Below, piece by piece: positions 59,573 to 64,000 of a stretch of DNA of 64,000 nucleotides (positions are counted from its first letter, which is position 1; the number at the start of each line of letters is the position of its first letter). The notes beneath the pieces are model-generated. The model was not told the DNA's origin. It saw only the letters and a program-made list of their open reading frames with translations, and made no database searches. This stretch comes from an uncultured Candidatus Rokubacteria bacterium. GTDB taxonomy: Bacteria > Methylomirabilota > Methylomirabilia > Rokubacteriales > CSP1-6. Position numbers and translations under genes: made by a program. The DNA is taken from contig CAVYTA010000006.1 in the NCBI GenBank assembly GCA_963771355.1, forward strand, positions 1,728,001 through 1,792,000. The letters run 5' to 3'.

Positions 59573-60169
59573 CTAGGACGCGGCTGCCGGGGAATCCGCC
59601 CGCCGCCCCGCCGCCAGGAGCTTCCGGACCTGGCCGATGTGATCCAGGGTGTGGAGGCGGAAGGCGAAGACCGCATAGGCCTTCCACGCGATCTCCTCCT
59701 CCCAGTGAAGGGGCGCCTCGCCGCCGTCGGCGCCGCGAACATTGACCACCGCCACCACCGGCGCCCGCGCGTCGGTGGGGGCATCACGCGCGCCGTCGAG
59801 CACGTGGAGCGCGGCGGCGTGCTGGGCCTGGAGCGCGCTCCGCAACGCATCCCAGGGGCGCGCGAGCGGATCGCGGGACTGTAGCCCCGCGGGGATGGGC
59901 GGGCCGGCGGGCCGGCGCCCGGCAAGGAGATCCACGAGCTCGCCCACGCTCGGGGCATGGGTGAGGATGAGATGGTCCACCACCTCGTGGATGCTCCACT
60001 CGCCCGGCAGGGGCCGGCGGGCGGCCTCGGCCGCGGACACGGGGGCGAGGAGCGCTTCCATGGTGTCGAAGGCGCCCGCCACGCGCGCGCGGACCTGGGT
60101 CAGCGGCAGCCCGTCGCCCTTGTCGCGCAGATATTCCCGCATCCGGACCTGCTCCATCACGTCGGTCAT
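59573..60169 (-). CDS. DinB family protein
   Basis: PGEWSIHEVVDHL and HTLDHIGQV motifs. Confidence 0.85.
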   Translation of the reverse strand: MTDVMEQVRMREYLRDKGDGLPLTQVRARVAGAFDTMEALLAPVSAAEAARRPLPGEWSIHEVVDHLILTHAPSVGELVDLLAGRRPAGPPIPAGLQSRDPLARPWDALRSALQAQHAAALHVLDGARDAPTDARAPVVAVVNVRGADGGEAPLHWEEEIAWKAYAVFAFRLHTLDHIGQVRKLLAAGRRADSPAAAS

Positions 60170-60774
60170 CGCTTGCCTCCCCGGCGGAGATACGCCCACA
60201 AGACGTCGGTGCAGAGCCGCTCCGCCTCGGCCCGCGGCAGGCCTCGGCGGTCGAAGGTGTGCTGCAGCGAGAGCCCGTCCAGGAGCCCGAGCACCGCCGC
60301 GGCGGCGGAGCCGGGGTCGATCCGGCGGAACGCGCCGCTGGCCACTCCCCCCGCGATCATGCGGGCGATGAGCCGGCGGCTGCGCGCGTACGTCCGCGCG
60401 TTGAGGGTGGCCAGCGCGCGATCGTGCAGGGACTCGCCCCAGAACTCGATGAACACGGTCCAGAACTCCCGGTCGCGCGCGGCCACCGTCAGGCAGGCCC
60501 GCACCAGGGCGCGCAGGCGCCCGCGCGCGTCGCGGGCCCCGCGCGCTTCCGCCGCCACGCGGCGGTCGAGATCGGCGGTGACCCGGAGGGCGGCGGCGGC
60601 GAGGATGGCCCGCTTGTCCGCGAAGTAGTAGTGGAGGATGCCCTGGCTGAGGCCGGCGGCGGCGGCCACGCGCTTCATGGTGAGGCCGGCATAGCCGTCG
60701 CGGGCCAGGCAGCGGATGGTGGCGCGCACGATCTGCTCGCGCCGGAGGGGCGCCACGCCGACCCTGGGGGTCAT
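60166..60774 (-). CDS. TetR family regulator (BetI-like)
   Basis: RREQIVRAT...VAAAAGLSQGILHYYFADK HTH; LLDGL in the C-terminal domain. Confidence 0.92.
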   Translation of the reverse strand: MTPRVGVAPLRREQIVRATIRCLARDGYAGLTMKRVAAAAGLSQGILHYYFADKRAILAAAALRVTADLDRRVAAEARGARDARGRLRALVRACLTVAARDREFWTVFIEFWGESLHDRALATLNARTYARSRRLIARMIAGGVASGAFRRIDPGSAAAAVLGLLDGLSLQHTFDRRGLPRAEAERLCTDVLWAYLRRGGKR

Positions 60775-60795
60775 ACCCCCAGGGTCTACGCGATG

Positions 60796-60820
60796 TTTAT
60801 TGGTCGGTCAACCAGTTAAA
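60796..60820. promoter_or_regulatory. Putative TetR operator
   Basis: Imperfect palindrome TGGTCGGTCAACCA (60801-60814) with AT-rich flanks, just upstream of tetR. Confidence 0.55.
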
Positions 60821-60849
60821 GTGCACCACTTACAAGTGCTCGGCGAGCG

Positions 60850-61209
60850 TCACCCCTGGTGCCGCGTCACGTGGGCCGACACCGCGCGCCAGCGGCCTCC
60901 CTGGCGCGCCCACACGTCCGTGTAGCGCCCCGCCCCCGGCTTCCCGTCCCCCAGGGTGTAGGCGGTCCGGGCATGAATGATGGCCACGTCGCCCAGGATC
61001 CGGACCTTGACGTCGTGCGCGGTGAGTTCCGAGATCTTGACCGGCACCGCGGTCTGCTTCAGGAAGGCCGCCCGATCGATCAGGGATCCGTCGGGATTCG
61101 AGCAGTAGAACTCGTCGGCGAGCAGCTCCTCGAAGCGCCCCACGTCCGAGTTCTGCACAGACCGGATATAGTCGCGATTGAGCTCGAGCAGGATGTCGAG
61201 ATCGGACAT
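60850..61209 (-). CDS. NTF2-like / DUF4440 protein
   Basis: LLADEF..NPDGSLIDRAAFL, VRILGDVAII and YTDVW..GRWRAVSAH motifs. Confidence 0.85.
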   Translation of the reverse strand: MSDLDILLELNRDYIRSVQNSDVGRFEELLADEFYCSNPDGSLIDRAAFLKQTAVPVKISELTAHDVKVRILGDVAIIHARTAYTLGDGKPGAGRYTDVWARQGGRWRAVSAHVTRHQG

Positions 61210-61229
61210 GACGCGCCTCCCCGGCCGGG

Positions 61230-61760
61230 CTAGCCGGCCGCCTTCTTGGCCGCGGCCAGCGCCGCCTCGTAGTTCGGCTCCTGGCTGATGTCCTTCACGT
61301 ACTCCGCATGCGCCACCTTGCCGTCCTTGCCCACCACGAAGACGGCGCGGGCGCTGAGCCCGGCCAGCGGGCCATCCTTCACGAGGGTGCCGTAGGCCGG
61401 TGCGAAGGACCGCTCGCGGAAGTCGGACAAGGTCTTCACCGCGCTGGCCCCGGCGGCGGCGCACCAGCGCTTCTGGGCGAACGGCAAATCCATGCTGATC
61501 GTCCACACCTCCACCCCGCCGGGAAGCTTGCCGGCTTCCATATTGAAGCGACGTGTCTCGGTGTCGCAGGTGGGGGTATCGAGGGACGGCACCGCGCTGA
61601 GGATGAGCACCTTACCCTTGGCGTCCGAGAACTTCACGGAGGCGAGGGAGTTGTCCACCGCGGTGAAGTCGGGCGCGGGCTGTCCGGGCTTGATCTCGGG
61701 TCCCACCAGGGTCACGGGATTTCCGCGAAGTGTCACCGCATTCGGTCTGGCGTCGGGCAT
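61230..61760 (-). CDS. tpx: Thiol peroxidase (atypical 2-Cys peroxiredoxin)
   Basis: VPSLDTPTC..ETRRFN, SMDLPFAQKRWC and EPNYE motifs. Confidence 0.95.
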   Translation of the reverse strand: MPDARPNAVTLRGNPVTLVGPEIKPGQPAPDFTAVDNSLASVKFSDAKGKVLILSAVPSLDTPTCDTETRRFNMEAGKLPGGVEVWTISMDLPFAQKRWCAAAGASAVKTLSDFRERSFAPAYGTLVKDGPLAGLSARAVFVVGKDGKVAHAEYVKDISQEPNYEAALAAAKKAAG

Positions 61761-61791
61761 CGGTTGGTCTCCTTCGTGGTGCGTGGGGTGG

Positions 61792-63377
<1,586 letters not shown>

Positions 63378-63432
63378 GGCCGGTATCTTAGCGCAGGCGG
63401 CCGGGCTCGCGGCGTGCATTCCCCGTACCGGC

Positions 63433-63700
63433 TCAGCCGCCATAGCCCCAGTTCCAGCATGGCAGACGCTCCTTCCAGAACCATTCGTCGCAGAGCTGCT
63501 CGTCGCAGCGCTGGCCGCATACCCCCAGCGTGAGGTCGGCGGTGCAGGAGAGCCGGCCCTCGGAGCGGCAGTAGCACGAGCCGAGGAACTCCGACTGCGC
63601 GGCGGGCATCGGGGGCGCGCGATTCGGCAGCAGGCACGGCCGCGAGCATCGCGACGACCAGGAGCCGGAGAATGCGAGCGACGAGGCGTGGGTTGCGCAT
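63433..63700 (-). CDS. Small secreted Cys-rich protein, frameshifted in a C-run
   Basis: Signal peptide from ATG 63700; removing one base from the run at 63611-63615 joins it to [58 protein letters not shown]. Confidence 0.6.
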
Positions 63701-63728
63701 TGACCCTATTCCAGCACCTCCCTATACT
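63700..63728 (+). promoter_or_regulatory. Sigma-70-type promoter, probably leaderless
   Basis: TTGACC-17bp-TATACT, 7 nt before ATG 63736; no RBS. Confidence 0.65.
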
Positions 63729-63735
63729 CCGCGCA

Positions 63736-64000
63736 ATGAGTCGTGGCCTCGCGCTCAGCGCCTTTGTGGCCGGCATCCTGCTGGCCGCGCTCCCGGTCGC
63801 CTCGGCGCCCTCCACCGCGGTTCGCGCGGTGGCCGCCGTCGGTGATTCGGCTCCCGGCGGCGGGCGATTCGGCGGCTTCACGGTGGAATCCCTTCCCGTG
63901 CTCGCTCCCACCAATAGCCGGGGGCAGGTCGCCTTCTTCGCCGCCATTCACCGCGGCCCCGGCGGCGAGGGTTTCTTTCTCCGCTCGCGGGACCGGGTCA
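63736..64000 (+). CDS. Secreted NxxGxxAF tandem-repeat protein (partial, runs off the window)
   Basis: [24 protein letters not shown] signal peptide, then [14 protein letters not shown] and NSRGQVAF. Confidence 0.75.
   Translation, partial: MSRGLALSAFVAGILLAALPVASAPSTAVRAVAAVGDSAPGGGRFGGFTVESLPVLAPTNSRGQVAFFAAIHRGPGGEGFFLRSRDRV

Overview
This is a high-GC, gene-dense bacterial chromosomal window with about 72 CDS and one tRNA-Met(CAT). I see no transposase, integrase, phage gene or cas gene. Gene content and style suggest a diderm environmental lineage such as Ca. Rokubacteria/Methylomirabilota, but that is inference only. Recognisable genes include uppS, sixA, apgM, argR-argD, otsB, a Kef-type antiporter, mgtE, degQ, tilS, a moaD-moaE fusion, an A-type Fe-S carrier, folE, a perR/fur-rubrerythrin-FeS oxidoreductase-DUF3501 cluster, uvrA, tpx and a frameshifted thyX. 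The main findings are as follows. (1) A hidden selenoprotein: the ORF track splits it at an in-frame TGA (D-U-G-S-C-T-T-C, with a downstream hairpin). It is the last gene of an uncharacterised MoxR-ATPase / hypothetical / VWA / DUF3047 / 'DGLPVVPPT' gene string that also contains a 44-bp repeat array. (2) A GT4 + two PTPS + folE + SDR operon that looks like pterin-glycoside biosynthesis. (3) An 88-aa protein that is about 68% Asp/Glu, divergent from the tRNA. (4) An array of Fur-box-like repeats inside the fur/perR coding sequence. (5) A wHTH-uppS-DUF4153 module with two matching operators. (6) Tandem ARG boxes, two sigma-54 promoters (one with a palindromic enhancer pair), and many apparently leaderless genes. 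(7) Three frameshifts near the right end that break thyX and hide a Cys-rich secreted peptide. All product calls come from motif recognition by eye; no database search was run.
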